Source: Polyangiales bacterium
Lineage (GTDB): Bacteria; Myxococcota_A; Polyangia; Polyangiales; Polyangiaceae
Reading direction: 5' to 3'
Length of the DNA: 64,000 bases
NCBI GenBank assembly: GCA_038231275.1
Contig: JBBRLQ010000018.1
Location: 1-64,000, forward strand
Position numbers and translations under genes: made by a program. The notes under the pieces are model-generated. The model ran no database searches, was not told the origin of the DNA, and worked only from the letters and a program-made list of their open reading frames with translations. Below, piece by piece: positions 9,603-19,307 of this stretch (position 1 is its first letter; every line of letters starts with the position of its first letter).

Positions 9603-11156
9603 TCAACGCCCGAGGAGCGACGTGCCCGGCGCGACGCACGGCGCGACACGAAGCGGCGTGCGCGGGTCGCAGGAGGGGAGCTGCTCGGCGAGGAGACCGG
9701 GACGCTGGCTGTCTCGCACCGTCATCGCGCGGCGCACGGCGGCGAGCGGCGCCGTCTCGTCGAAGACCATTTTTCGCCCGCGCATCTGAACGCCGAGCTG
9801 ACGGAAGAGCGCGGGCAGATCGATCTCGACCGGCGCGGTGCCCATGCGCGCGTGCAGATCGCGCAGCACGTGCGTGCCGACCGCGCGATCGCCGACCTCG
9901 AGCGCGCGCTCGAGATCCCAGCGAACGGCGTCGTTTCCTCCAGCGTCGAGGATGCCGCGGAGGGCGTCCTCGAGGCCGCGCTGGTTCTGTGTCGCGGTGC
10001 GGATCTGGATGTCGGCCACGAGACAGAACAGCGCCCCTCCCCAATACGTGCGGCCCCACGTGTGCGTGACGTCGAGACCGCGATCGCCCGCGCGCGGCAG
10101 GCCCTTCGGCAAGCCGAGGAAGAGCCCGCGCCACACCTCCTCCGTCGGCACGACGCCCACACGCGCGCGCGCGATCGGCTCGACGTACGTGGCGAGCCCT
10201 TCTTCGAGCCACGCGTAGCGGCGCGGCACCGTAGGGAACGCGAGGTGCGTGAGCTCGTGCGTCAGCACCCAGTCGTCGGCGATGTTCGCCGCGGTCATGT
10301 CCTTCCCGACGTGGAGCACGATCGACGCGCCGCCGCCTGCGAGCGTGCGGCCATGCTCGACCTCGTCGCCCTTGCTGGGGATGACGACGAGCAGCACGTT
10401 CGGCAGCGGGAAGCGGTGGTAGAACGACGTGACCGCGCTGACGCCCATCGAGACCCATCGATCGACGTCCTCGTCTTGCATCGCGAGCTCGCCCGGCGCG
10501 ATCGCGATCTGGAAGGTCGCGCCGTCCTGGTAGATGCGGTGCGTGCGCAGCGCGCCGAAGACGGAGTACGGCGCCATCTCCAGATCGCTCGCGATCGCAC
10601 GGTACGCGCCGGGGACTCCGCTCGGATCGTGATCGACGCCGCTCACGAACTCGATGTCGGGCGGCGTCGTCACGTGGAACGTCGCGGGGGTCGTGGACGG
10701 CGCGCCGTGCGGCCTCAGGAGCCACACCGACGGCGTCGACACGAAGACACCTCCGTCGAAGACCGCGCGATCGATGTCGTGGAGCGCGACGGCGGCATCC
10801 TCGAGGAGGAAGCGGTAGCGCACCGTGCAGCCGAACGCGCACTCGGGGGCGATCCAGCGGGTGCCGCGCTTCGTCACGGGCGTCCACTCGTCTTTGCCGG
10901 CGTCGCGCAGCTCCACGTCGCGCACGAACGCGTCGGCGCCCGACTCGACGACGAGCTCGGTGGGGCTGCCGGACGGAAACGTTGCCGCCGCCGATAGCTC
11001 GCGCGCTCCTTCACGCGCGACGATTTCGTAGCGCCACCCGGGACCCGGCGCGGGCGCCGACGCGACGTGGGACACTCGCGACGCGCAGGCCCCGAGCAGC
11101 GACGCGATCGCGAAGGGGACGGCGAGCGCCGCGGTGGCCCGGTAGAGCGTGGACAT
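9603..11156 (-). CDS. Gluzincin (M1/M61-like) zinc metallopeptidase lipoprotein
   Basis: LGAC lipobox; HELTH...WLEEGLATY; RTYWGGAL. Confidence 0.85.
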   Translation of the reverse strand: MSTLYRATAALAVPFAIASLLGACASRVSHVASAPAPGPGWRYEIVAREGARELSAAATFPSGSPTELVVESGADAFVRDVELRDAGKDEWTPVTKRGTRWIAPECAFGCTVRYRFLLEDAAVALHDIDRAVFDGGVFVSTPSVWLLRPHGAPSTTPATFHVTTPPDIEFVSGVDHDPSGVPGAYRAIASDLEMAPYSVFGALRTHRIYQDGATFQIAIAPGELAMQDEDVDRWVSMGVSAVTSFYHRFPLPNVLLVVIPSKGDEVEHGRTLAGGGASIVLHVGKDMTAANIADDWVLTHELTHLAFPTVPRRYAWLEEGLATYVEPIARARVGVVPTEEVWRGLFLGLPKGLPRAGDRGLDVTHTWGRTYWGGALFCLVADIQIRTATQNQRGLEDALRGILDAGGNDAVRWDLERALEVGDRAVGTHVLRDLHARMGTAPVEIDLPALFRQLGVQMRGRKMVFDETAPLAAVRRAMTVRDSQRPGLLAEQLPSCDPRTPLRVAPCVAPGTSLLGR

Positions 11157-11173
11157 CGTCGCCTTCAGTGAGT

Positions 11174-11189
11174 TGCGAACGACGTGCCA
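11174..11189 (-). promoter_or_regulatory. sigma54 -24/-12 promoter of the peptidase gene
   Basis: TGGCACGTCGTTCGCA (GG-N10-GC). Confidence 0.6.
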
Positions 11190-11242
11190 CGCATTCCGTT
11201 GAGCCACTCTCCAGTCTGCCACGCCTGCGGTAATGTGCAGGC

Positions 11243-12259
11243 GTGGGCCCCGGAGTTCTCCTTGCCGTCGTCGCCGCGCTCGCCTTTGGCGTGGCGACGC
11301 CGCTCGTGCAACGCGCGTCGCATGACGCAGGCACGTTCTGGACGGCCGCGCTCCTCTATCTGGGCGCAGCCATTGCCTCGTTCCCGACGCGGCGCCCGGG
11401 TCGGGAGGCGCGACTCTTACGTCGTGACGCGGTGCGTTTGGTTGCGGTCGCGCTGTTCGGGGCGTTTCTCGCACCCGCAGCGCTCGCCTGGGGCCTGCGG
11501 AGAACCAGCGGGGCGAGCGCATCGTTGATGTTGAACCTCGAGGCCGGGCTCACCGTGGGTCTCGGATGGCTGTTTTACCGCGAGCACTTGGGTCGTCGCG
11601 TGCTCGTCGCGGCGACGCTCATCGCCGCCGGCGGCGCGGTGCTCGTCCTGGACCGGCGCGTCCTCGAAGGGGACGTGCTCGGCCTCGCCGCTGTCGCCGT
11701 CGCGACAGCTGGATGGGCGCTGGACAACGCGCTGGCCCGTCCGCTCGCCGATCGCGACCCGGGCTCGGTGGTCCTCGTGAAAGGCCTCCTCGGCGCGAGC
11801 CTATCCGCTTCGCTGGCGCTCGCGACGCGCGACGTCTTTCCCGCGCCGCGCGCGGCCCTCGCGATCGCGGCGTGCGGCGCGGTGGGCTTCGGGCTGAGCC
11901 TCCGCCTCTACTTGATGGCCCAGCGTCGCCTCGGCGCGGCGCGGACAGCGTCGGTGTTCGCGCTCGGACCGTTCGTCGGCGCGCTGACGGCGACCGCGAT
12001 GGGGGAACCGGCCTCGCCGATGTTGCTCGTCGCCGGCGCGCTCATGGGCGTCGGCGTGTGGCTCCACGTGACCGAGCACCACGGGCACTTTCACGAGCAC
12101 GCACCGATGCGCCACGAGCACGCGCACCGCCACGACGACGGTCACCACGATCACACTCACGATCCGATGCCGGCCGGCGAGCACTCCCACTCGCACGAGC
12201 ACGCCGCGCGCTCGCACGCGCATGATCACTCCGAAGATCAGCATCACCAGCATCATTGA
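11243..12259 (+). CDS. EamA/DMT transporter with His-rich C-terminal tail
   Basis: About 10 TM segments, ASLMLNLE, WALDNAL, HxH-rich tail. Confidence 0.9.
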   Translation: MGPGVLLAVVAALAFGVATPLVQRASHDAGTFWTAALLYLGAAIASFPTRRPGREARLLRRDAVRLVAVALFGAFLAPAALAWGLRRTSGASASLMLNLEAGLTVGLGWLFYREHLGRRVLVAATLIAAGGAVLVLDRRVLEGDVLGLAAVAVATAGWALDNALARPLADRDPGSVVLVKGLLGASLSASLALATRDVFPAPRAALAIAACGAVGFGLSLRLYLMAQRRLGAARTASVFALGPFVGALTATAMGEPASPMLLVAGALMGVGVWLHVTEHHGHFHEHAPMRHEHAHRHDDGHHDHTHDPMPAGEHSHSHEHAARSHAHDHSEDQHHQHH

Positions 12260-12270
12260 GGTCCGCCGCC

Positions 12271-13275
12271 ATGAAGCTTTCCTTCTTACTGCTCGTCGTC
12301 ACGGCGCCTGTCGCATGCGGTGGAACCACGGCGACGTCGAGCGCCAGCGATGGCGGCGGTCAAGGAACCGACGCGGGGCCGCATCTCGACTCCGCAGTGC
12401 CTGTCGTCGACGCGGGGCTCGACGCGGAGCCGGCGGCGCTCGCGTCGGCGGTGCTTCTCTTTGCCGGCGACGGTCCGCAGTTCTTCGGCGACACGTGGGA
12501 GTGGGACGGAACCACGTGGATCGCACGCGGCGTGAAGGGCCCGGTCGCGCGCTACGATCACGCGACCGCCGCGCTGCACGGGAAAATCGTGCTCTTCGGC
12601 GGCTCGGGCGTCGCCGGCGATCTCGCCGACACGTGGGAGTGGGACGGCGTCGCGTGGACACAGAAGAGCGTCGCCGGTCCGAGCGCGCGCAGCCGCCACC
12701 GGATGGCGACGGTGGGTGACAAGATTGTGCTCTTCGGCGGCGAGGGCGCCGGCGGACAGCTCTGCGACACGTGGGAGTGGGACGGCGCCGCGTGGACGAT
12801 GAGCGTCGCGACGCTCACCACCGGCCTCCACTGCACCGGCCACGCGCTCGGCGCGCTCGGCGGCAAGCTGTACCTCTTCGGCGGCGTGGGCGCCGCGAGC
12901 GACACGTGGGCGTACGACGGCGCGGCGTGGACCAAGGTATCGACCACTGGCCCGATTGGCCGCGCCTACGCGTCGATGGCGCCCTTCGGCAACAAGCTCG
13001 TCCTCTTCGGCGGCGAGCAAGACGCCAACCACATCCTCGCCGACACGTGGGAGTGGGACGGCGCCACGTGGACGCAAAAGACCGTCGCCGGCCCGCCCTC
13101 GCGCTGGCACTACGGCATGACGCCGTTCGGCGGAAAGCTCGTTCTCTTCGGCGGCGACGGCGGCGTCGGCAAGGCCTGGCTCGGCGACACATGGGAATAC
13201 GACGGCGCCGCCTGGACCCAAAAGACCGTCTCCGGCCCAAGCGCCCGCTACACGTACACGCTCGCGGCTCGCTGA
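12271..13275 (+). CDS. Kelch-like beta-propeller lipoprotein
   Basis: PVAC lipobox; six VLFGG...DTW(E/A)(W/Y)DG repeats. Confidence 0.88.
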   Translation: MKLSFLLLVVTAPVACGGTTATSSASDGGGQGTDAGPHLDSAVPVVDAGLDAEPAALASAVLLFAGDGPQFFGDTWEWDGTTWIARGVKGPVARYDHATAALHGKIVLFGGSGVAGDLADTWEWDGVAWTQKSVAGPSARSRHRMATVGDKIVLFGGEGAGGQLCDTWEWDGAAWTMSVATLTTGLHCTGHALGALGGKLYLFGGVGAASDTWAYDGAAWTKVSTTGPIGRAYASMAPFGNKLVLFGGEQDANHILADTWEWDGATWTQKTVAGPPSRWHYGMTPFGGKLVLFGGDGGVGKAWLGDTWEYDGAAWTQKTVSGPSARYTYTLAAR

Positions 13276-13285
13276 TTCCCGGGGG

Positions 13286-14134
13286 CTACACGATCGCGGC
13301 GCGCGCGTTTTTGGCGGCTTCGTCGCGCTCTTTGAGAGACTCGAGGATGATGACCGCGGTCTCTTCGATCGCGCGGCCCGTCACGTCGATGACCGGCCAG
13401 TGCGGGTGGGCCCTGAAGATGCGCGCGGCATAGTCGAGCTCCTCTTTGACCTGCTCGCGGAGGCCGTAGTTCGCGTCGACGCTCATGCCGAGCTGCCTCA
13501 AGCGCGCCTTGCGGATCTCGGTGAGCGGGTCGAGGCCGATCGTGAGGCCGACGATGCGGTCTTGCGACGCCTCCTCGAGCTCCGGCGGCGTGGTGACGCC
13601 GAGGACGAGCGGGAGGTTGGCGACCTTGAGCCCGCGCTGGGCGAGCAACGTCGACAGCGGCGTCTTCGACGTGCGGCTCACGCCGACCAGGACGAGGTCC
13701 GCCTTCTTGAAGTTGCGCGGCTCTTTGCCGTCGTCGCTCTTGACGGTGAATTCGACGGCTTCGATGCGGCGGAAATATTCGTCGGACAGCGGCAGCATCG
13801 CGCTCGGCATGTTGATGGGCTGGCGATCGAGGAACGTCCCCAACTTTCCGATGAGCGAGCCAATGAGATCGAGCGACTCGATCTTGAGCTCGTAGCTCGT
13901 GGCGTGGATGAACTCGCGGAGCTCGGGGCTCACGACAGTGAAGACGACGAGCGCTCCCTCGCGTGCCGCGCGCTCGAGCACCGGCCGCGCCGCCTCGCGC
14001 GTGCGCACGCGCGTGTGGAGGCGGATCTGCGCGCCGGAGTGCGGGAACTGAAGCATCGCGGCGCGGACCACCTTCTCGGCCGTCTCGCCCGTCGAGTCGC
14101 TGAGGACGTCGATTCTCCTTACATCCACGGACAA
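13286..14134 (-). CDS. ppsR: PEP synthase/PPDK regulatory kinase-pyrophosphorylase (DUF299)
   Basis: SDSTGETAE, YFRRIEAVEFTVKSDDG, GVSRTSKTPLS, IEETA; start may be the GTG at 14128. Confidence 0.93.
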   Translation of the reverse strand: MSVDVRRIDVLSDSTGETAEKVVRAAMLQFPHSGAQIRLHTRVRTREAARPVLERAAREGALVVFTVVSPELREFIHATSYELKIESLDLIGSLIGKLGTFLDRQPINMPSAMLPLSDEYFRRIEAVEFTVKSDDGKEPRNFKKADLVLVGVSRTSKTPLSTLLAQRGLKVANLPLVLGVTTPPELEEASQDRIVGLTIGLDPLTEIRKARLRQLGMSVDANYGLREQVKEELDYAARIFRAHPHWPVIDVTGRAIEETAVIILESLKERDEAAKNARAAIV

Positions 14135-14383
14135 ACCTTCTTCTCCGTTCTCGTCGCCCAGAAGCCCCGGCGGCCACTACGGCATAGTGGAGTGTACCGC
14201 GCGGAGGGAAACAAAACGAAGGCCGGGCTCTCGCCGCCGACAATGCCTCCATCCCGACGCGCTGCGGCAACGTGACGTTCACCATGCGGCAACGTTGGAC
14301 CAGGGGTGGATCGTCGCGCCTCGCGGAGATGCCCGAAAGCGCGGCCCCTGGCGACCCACGACGCAATCGTCCAGCCGTGACGG

Positions 14384-14399
14384 AGGCACGCCGCTCGCA
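14384..14399 (+). promoter_or_regulatory. sigma54 promoter; upstream tandem repeat TGCGGCAACGT at 14263 and 14285
   Basis: AGGCACGCCGCTCGCA (GG-N10-GC); the -12 C is 14 nt before ATG 14412. Confidence 0.6.
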
Positions 14400-14411
14400 C
14401 TTCGACGCCCA

Positions 14412-14885
14412 ATGGCCCACGGCGCGCGCTCCGCCCGATCCCCCAAGCCGCGAAGCGCGTTCGCGCTGTGGTCCAGGTCGGACGCCGACGAGAGCAGCGT
14501 GCGCCGTCGCATTCGCCGCGCGGCCGCCGAGCGCTCCGTGTCCGGCGTCGACCACGACGCGATCACCTGGCCCTCCTACAAGAAGAGGAAGGAGGCGCGC
14601 CTCTTCAAGGTCGCCTTCTTCGTCATCGGCGTGCTCCTGGGCGTCTGTCTCGTCTTCGCGGGCGAGATCGACGAGGGCGTCTCCGAGAGCCGGATGTGGA
14701 TCGCGCACGAGCTGCGCGCAATGAAGACGCACCCCACCGACGAGGACCTCGCGCTGCCGCGGCCGCACCGCATGGTGTCCCGCGCGCCACGAAAGCAGAG
14801 GCAATCGTACCCGTCGGTGATGGCGGTGCCGGTCCTGGACGTGACCGATCTGCCGCAGGCTGCGTCGGGCCGGGTCAGCCCATGA
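14412..14885 (+). CDS. Hypothetical single-pass membrane protein
   Basis: TM LFKVAFFVIGVLLGVCLVFAG; C-terminal VPVLDVTDLP. Confidence 0.7.
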   Translation: MAHGARSARSPKPRSAFALWSRSDADESSVRRRIRRAAAERSVSGVDHDAITWPSYKKRKEARLFKVAFFVIGVLLGVCLVFAGEIDEGVSESRMWIAHELRAMKTHPTDEDLALPRPHRMVSRAPRKQRQSYPSVMAVPVLDVTDLPQAASGRVSP

Positions 14886-15423
14886 AATCGGAACGCGTGT
14901 AGAGTGCAACCAGCGGCAAACTCGCCGCCTCGATCGCCTCGCGGCCCCCTTCGAGCCGATCGACGAGCGCGACGACGCCGACGACGACGTGGCCCGCGCC
15001 GCGGAGCTTCTCCACCGCCTTCAAGGTCGAGCCGCCGGTGGTAACGACGTCCTCGAGGATGACGATGGATGTGCCGGGGGCGAGGCGCGTGTCGCCTTCG
15101 AGGAGGCGCTTGCTGCCGTGGTCCTTGGCTTCTTTGCGGACGTACACGGCGTCGCGCGGGGCGCCGCGCTGGAAGCTGACGAGGGCGACGGCGCTGGCGA
15201 GCGGGCAGCCGCCGAGCTCGACGCCGGCGACGACGGTGCACGCGGGGAGCTTCGCGAGCGCGTCGAGCATCAGCTCGCCGCACAGCGCGTGGCCTTCTGC
15301 GGTGAGGACCGTCTGCTTGCAGTCGATGAAAAAATCGCTCTCGCGGCCGGAAGCGAGGACGACCTTCTTGCGCGCGAACGAGCGCTCCGTGAGGAGGGCC
15401 AGGAGGCGCGCGCGGCGGTCCAT
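14875..15423 (-). CDS. pyrE: Orotate phosphoribosyltransferase
   Basis: LASGRESDFFIDCK, RKEAKDHG, ILEDVVTTGGS. Confidence 0.95.
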   Translation of the reverse strand: MDRRARLLALLTERSFARKKVVLASGRESDFFIDCKQTVLTAEGHALCGELMLDALAKLPACTVVAGVELGGCPLASAVALVSFQRGAPRDAVYVRKEAKDHGSKRLLEGDTRLAPGTSIVILEDVVTTGGSTLKAVEKLRGAGHVVVGVVALVDRLEGGREAIEAASLPLVALYTRSDFMG

Positions 15424-16022
15424 CAGCGCTTCTTGGCGAGCGCGCCCTTCGCGCCCTTCTTGAGCGCAGGGACGATGGGAGGCGGCGGGCCCTTCTTGGC
15501 GACAGGCGCTGCGCCCGTGTGGTTCGCGTGGTTCGTGCCGGCGAGCGTCGCGCCGCGGGGCACCGAGCCGCGGGCGGCAGGGACGACCGCGGGCTTCGCG
15601 GCAGACGCAGTAGAAGCAGCATGCGCGGCGGCCGGTCGCGTCGCGGTGGTGGTCGCTTTCGCGGCGGCGGTGGTGCGAGGACGGGCTGCGCCGGCGCCGG
15701 CGGTCTGCACGAAGCCACGCACGAGCGCGCCGGGCGCGATGGCGATGCGCGGCGCGCGAACGTCGCCGACGACCTTTGCGCCATCCTCCAGGTGAACGGA
15801 CTCTTCGCCCGTCACGTTGCCCTTCACGGCGCCGCGCACGACGACGCGCCGGCCCGAGAGATCCGACGCGACCATGCCGGTCTCGCCGACCGTGAGATCG
15901 CCGTCGACGAGGATTTCGCCGTCGACGAGGCCTTGGATGTCGAGCGTCGCCGAGCCGGTGATTCGGCCGCGGACCCGCGCGCCGCGCCCGATGACGGTGA
16001 CGTCGTGGCTGCTGGTCGCCAT
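15423..16022 (-). CDS. bacP: Bactofilin with Pro/Ala/Lys-rich tail (BacP-like)
   Basis: TVIGRGARVRG...GDVRAPRIAIAPGA beta-helix plus basic tail ending LAKKR. Confidence 0.85.
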   Translation of the reverse strand: MATSSHDVTVIGRGARVRGRITGSATLDIQGLVDGEILVDGDLTVGETGMVASDLSGRRVVVRGAVKGNVTGEESVHLEDGAKVVGDVRAPRIAIAPGALVRGFVQTAGAGAARPRTTAAAKATTTATRPAAAHAASTASAAKPAVVPAARGSVPRGATLAGTNHANHTGAAPVAKKGPPPPIVPALKKGAKGALAKKR

Positions 16023-16023
16023 C

Positions 16024-16338
16024 TCAGACGTCCATGTCGACGTTGCCCTTGAACTGGGCGCCGTCCGCGATGGTGATGCGCGTTGCCTTCACGTTGCCGA
16101 CAACGCGCGCGCCGGGCTGGAGATCGACGCGATCGGTCGACGAGATGTTCCCCGTCACCGAGCCGGAGACGGTGAGGGGGCCGCCCGTCACGTCCGCCTC
16201 GACCACGCCGCCGTGCTCGACGACGACGCCGTCCTTGGCGTTCAGCTTGCCGCGAACGGTGCCCTGCACGAGCACGTCCTCGTCGGTCGTGATCTCGCCC
16301 TCGATGGTGATGCCTGCGCCGATGATCGTGCTCGCCAT
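16024..16338 (-). CDS. bacO: Bactofilin (BacO-like)
   Basis: MASTIIGAGITIEGEI...IADGAQFKGNVDMD. Confidence 0.9.
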   Translation of the reverse strand: MASTIIGAGITIEGEITTDEDVLVQGTVRGKLNAKDGVVVEHGGVVEADVTGGPLTVSGSVTGNISSTDRVDLQPGARVVGNVKATRITIADGAQFKGNVDMDV

Positions 16339-16348
16339 GTCGATCTCC

Positions 16349-16747
16349 TCAGGAACGCTTACGGGAGCTCGTGCTCCCCATCAACTCGGGCGGGAGCTCG
16401 AACTCGCAGTCGAGGCGGCCCGCGAACTCCGCACCCTCTTCGATCGCGACGTGCTCGCCTTGCATCGTGCCGCGGACCTTTGCGCCTGCCGCGATGCGCA
16501 CCGCGCCGCGTGCCGTCACGTCGCCGTCGAGCGTGCCGGACACCGTCACGCTGTGCGCGTCGACGTTCGACGTGACGCTCGCGCCTTCGCCGACGATCAG
16601 GTCGCCGCGGACGGTGATGTCCCCTTCGACGTGGCCGTCGACGGTCAGATCGCCGTCGCCGGTGATGCGGCCGCGCACGCGCGTGGACGCGCCGATCATG
16701 CCGTGGCCGCCGCCATGCGCCTTGGTTGCCGTTCGAGTCTGCGCCAT
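16349..16747 (-). CDS. bacN: Bactofilin (BacN-like)
   Basis: MIGASTRVRGRITGDGDLTVDG...IEEGAEFAGRLDC...LP. Confidence 0.85.
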   Translation of the reverse strand: MAQTRTATKAHGGGHGMIGASTRVRGRITGDGDLTVDGHVEGDITVRGDLIVGEGASVTSNVDAHSVTVSGTLDGDVTARGAVRIAAGAKVRGTMQGEHVAIEEGAEFAGRLDCEFELPPELMGSTSSRKRS

Positions 16748-16820
16748 CGCGAGCGAACCTAATACAGGCGCGGGGGGCTGTCACGCCTCCTACGACGCGC
16801 GAGCACCTGCGTGCGCGGCG

Positions 16821-18311
16821 CTACTTGACGTCGCGCTCCCACACTTCCCAGCGATCGCCGTGCCACTTGCGGTGGAACGTGCCGGGCGGCGGCCGAAAGC
16901 CCTGCCCGCGCACGAGGACGTAATCGTAGTAGGGGAAGAGCTCCTGAATCGACACCGACTCGGGCGTCCACTCCCAGCGCATGCGCGGAGGGGCACCGCT
17001 CGGCGGCTTCTTGTCGTCCTTGAACGCGAAGGGCCAGTGCGCGAAATTCGCGTACGTGAACTCGACGACGCCGCCGTGCTCCGTCTGGTAGTACGACCCG
17101 AAGTGGAGGAACGGCGCCCAGTTGGTGATGCCGGAGAGCTTGTCGTAGATGAGCGCGGCGGTCTTCTTGCCGTTCTGCATCTCGGCGAGCGCGCCGTCGA
17201 AGTCGCCGACCTCCTCGAGCTGGAATTTGATGAAGTGCTTGCACGTGTTCACGACCGAGCCGGTCGCGAAGGCGAGCATCGCGAAGGTCACCGCGTGACC
17301 GCGGATCCCGGTGGGCATGCGCAAGAGCGGGATGAGCGTGAGCAGCGCGAGGATCGGGAACCGCTGCGCGAAGAGCCACACCACGCCGCGTGACTGCCCC
17401 TGCGTGAAGAAGAGGAAGAGGCACACGAGCGGAAGCGCGACGAGCAGCTTCGCCTGAGGCCGCGAGCGCTCGCGATCCCCCTGCGCGAGGCCGAGCGCGA
17501 AGATCGCCGTCGCGATCGTCAGCACGAAATAGGCTTCATCCGTCGAGTCTTTGAAGACGTCGGTGATCCACGTGTACCCCTCGTGGATGGACTGCACGAG
17601 GGGGAGAATGACGTCGTTCGGATCGGCGTTGAGCGCGCCGCGCACGATCTTCCCGCTCGGCGTCATCAGCCACAGCGCGAAGATCCCCAGCGTGGGCAGC
17701 GCCGGCGTGATCGCGCGGATCCATTTGCGCGGATCGGCCCACGGGAACATCACCGCGTAACCGATCGCGAAGAGACCGAACGGAAAGATGTGCGAGTAGA
17801 AGACGGCGAACGTGAGGACGCCGAGGACGATGCCGCGCTTGCGCGTCGGGTCCTCCATGTACCGAACGCACGCCGCGAGGCCGAGGAACATGACCGGGAT
17901 GCCGAAGACGAACGGCAAGAGACCGAACATGAACATCGCGTTCACGAGGAGCGGGATGCTGAGGAGGCAGAGGCGCTCGTCTTTGTTGAGCGCGAGGAGC
18001 AGCTCGCGGATCGCCAGCGGTGTGCCGCCGAGGTAGCAGCTCATCAAGACGATGTTCGCCTTGGTGATGCCGACCACGTACGCGAGCGCGCTGCCCAGGA
18101 GGTAATAGAGGACGTACTGCGTCTTCAGGATCGTGAGATCGAAGTGCTCGGAGAGGCCGTACGCGGGATCGCCGTAGCTGTGGATGACGCGCATCGCGGC
18201 CAGGTGGAACGGCAAATCCTGGAGCGGCGGGTACCTCACGATCCACGCGGGCGCGGAGGCGAGCACGGCGACGACGAAGAAGAAGAGGGTCGACGGCCGC
18301 GGACGAGGCAT
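16821..18311 (-). CDS. Polytopic membrane protein, probable GT-C glycosyltransferase
   Basis: PPLQDLPFHL first-loop motif, many TM segments, soluble C-terminal domain. Confidence 0.7.
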   Translation of the reverse strand: MPRPRPSTLFFFVVAVLASAPAWIVRYPPLQDLPFHLAAMRVIHSYGDPAYGLSEHFDLTILKTQYVLYYLLGSALAYVVGITKANIVLMSCYLGGTPLAIRELLLALNKDERLCLLSIPLLVNAMFMFGLLPFVFGIPVMFLGLAACVRYMEDPTRKRGIVLGVLTFAVFYSHIFPFGLFAIGYAVMFPWADPRKWIRAITPALPTLGIFALWLMTPSGKIVRGALNADPNDVILPLVQSIHEGYTWITDVFKDSTDEAYFVLTIATAIFALGLAQGDRERSRPQAKLLVALPLVCLFLFFTQGQSRGVVWLFAQRFPILALLTLIPLLRMPTGIRGHAVTFAMLAFATGSVVNTCKHFIKFQLEEVGDFDGALAEMQNGKKTAALIYDKLSGITNWAPFLHFGSYYQTEHGGVVEFTYANFAHWPFAFKDDKKPPSGAPPRMRWEWTPESVSIQELFPYYDYVLVRGQGFRPPPGTFHRKWHGDRWEVWERDVK

Positions 18312-18362
18312 CGCGGCGCAGCCTAACAGGTTCTTCCTCCCGTTCTCCTCCGATCCCGTTGT

Positions 18363-19307
18363 ATGGTCCCGCCCGGGATGGCCGCGTTCGATCTCGTCGC
18401 CGCGAAAAAATGGGGGTTCGCCTTCGTGCCGGCGGTGGGCATCCTCGAGCTCGTCGCGCACCTGTGGCAAACCACCGCAGGCGTCGTCCCCGAGAGCGAC
18501 TGGCGCGCGGCGCGTGAGGTCGTAAAGGCCAAGGCGAAGGCCGACGATCTCGTCGTCTTCGCGCCCAAATGGACCGATCCGGTCGGGCGCGAGACGTTCG
18601 GCGACGAGGTCGCGACGCTCGAGCGCGAGGCCTTCCCCGACGTGACCCGCTTCCCGCGCGCGCTCGAGGTCTCGATCCGCGGCAAGCACCGCGACGAGCT
18701 CGCCGGATGGAAGGAGCTCGCGCGCGATCAGGTCGGCGGCGTCACGATCACGACGCTCGAGAACCCGTCGCCCGCGAAGGTGATCGACGATCTCGTCCGC
18801 CACGCGAGCCCGCAAGGAATGACCGTTCAGCGCACCGACGGCGCACGCGAAGTGGACTGCGCGTTCCAGACCGGCGGCGGCCAGGCTGGCGGCCTCGGGT
18901 TCGGAATGGCGATCCCGAACGAGCGCTTCGCGTGCCCCGGCGGCGCGTTCGTCGGCGTCTCCGTCCTCGAGCCGATCGACTACAGCGCGCGAAAGTGCCT
19001 TTATGCCGCGCCGATCGGCGGCGGATCCATCTTGCGCGTGCGCTTCGCGAACGTCGCCTTCGGAAAAGCGCTCCACGGCCACCACGGGCTCTACAGCGAG
19101 CACGAACGCGGCGGCGCGTCGGTCACGCTCCTCTTCAAGGCGGAGGACAAGACGCTCGGCCGCGTCGTTCACAACGACGGCGACGGATGGAAGGGCTACG
19201 AGCTCGACACGCGCGAGCTCGAAGGCAAGCGCGGCGAGCTCATCGCCGAGGTGACGGCCGGCAACGGCAACCGCCGCCAGTACTGCTTCGAGGCAGACAC
19301 GCGATGA
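18363..19307 (+). CDS. Hypothetical N-anchored periplasmic protein
   Basis: N-terminal TM and beta-sandwich-like C-terminus; ATGA overlap with the next gene; start may be 18378. Confidence 0.8.
   Translation: MVPPGMAAFDLVAAKKWGFAFVPAVGILELVAHLWQTTAGVVPESDWRAAREVVKAKAKADDLVVFAPKWTDPVGRETFGDEVATLEREAFPDVTRFPRALEVSIRGKHRDELAGWKELARDQVGGVTITTLENPSPAKVIDDLVRHASPQGMTVQRTDGAREVDCAFQTGGGQAGGLGFGMAIPNERFACPGGAFVGVSVLEPIDYSARKCLYAAPIGGGSILRVRFANVAFGKALHGHHGLYSEHERGGASVTLLFKAEDKTLGRVVHNDGDGWKGYELDTRELEGKRGELIAEVTAGNGNRRQYCFEADTR

Noticed and set aside
12490..13220. Recurring GACACGTGGGAGTGGGACGGC as a possible CRISPR array
   Set aside because: These are in-frame Kelch-like DTWEWDG repeats ~140 bp apart, with no cas genes.
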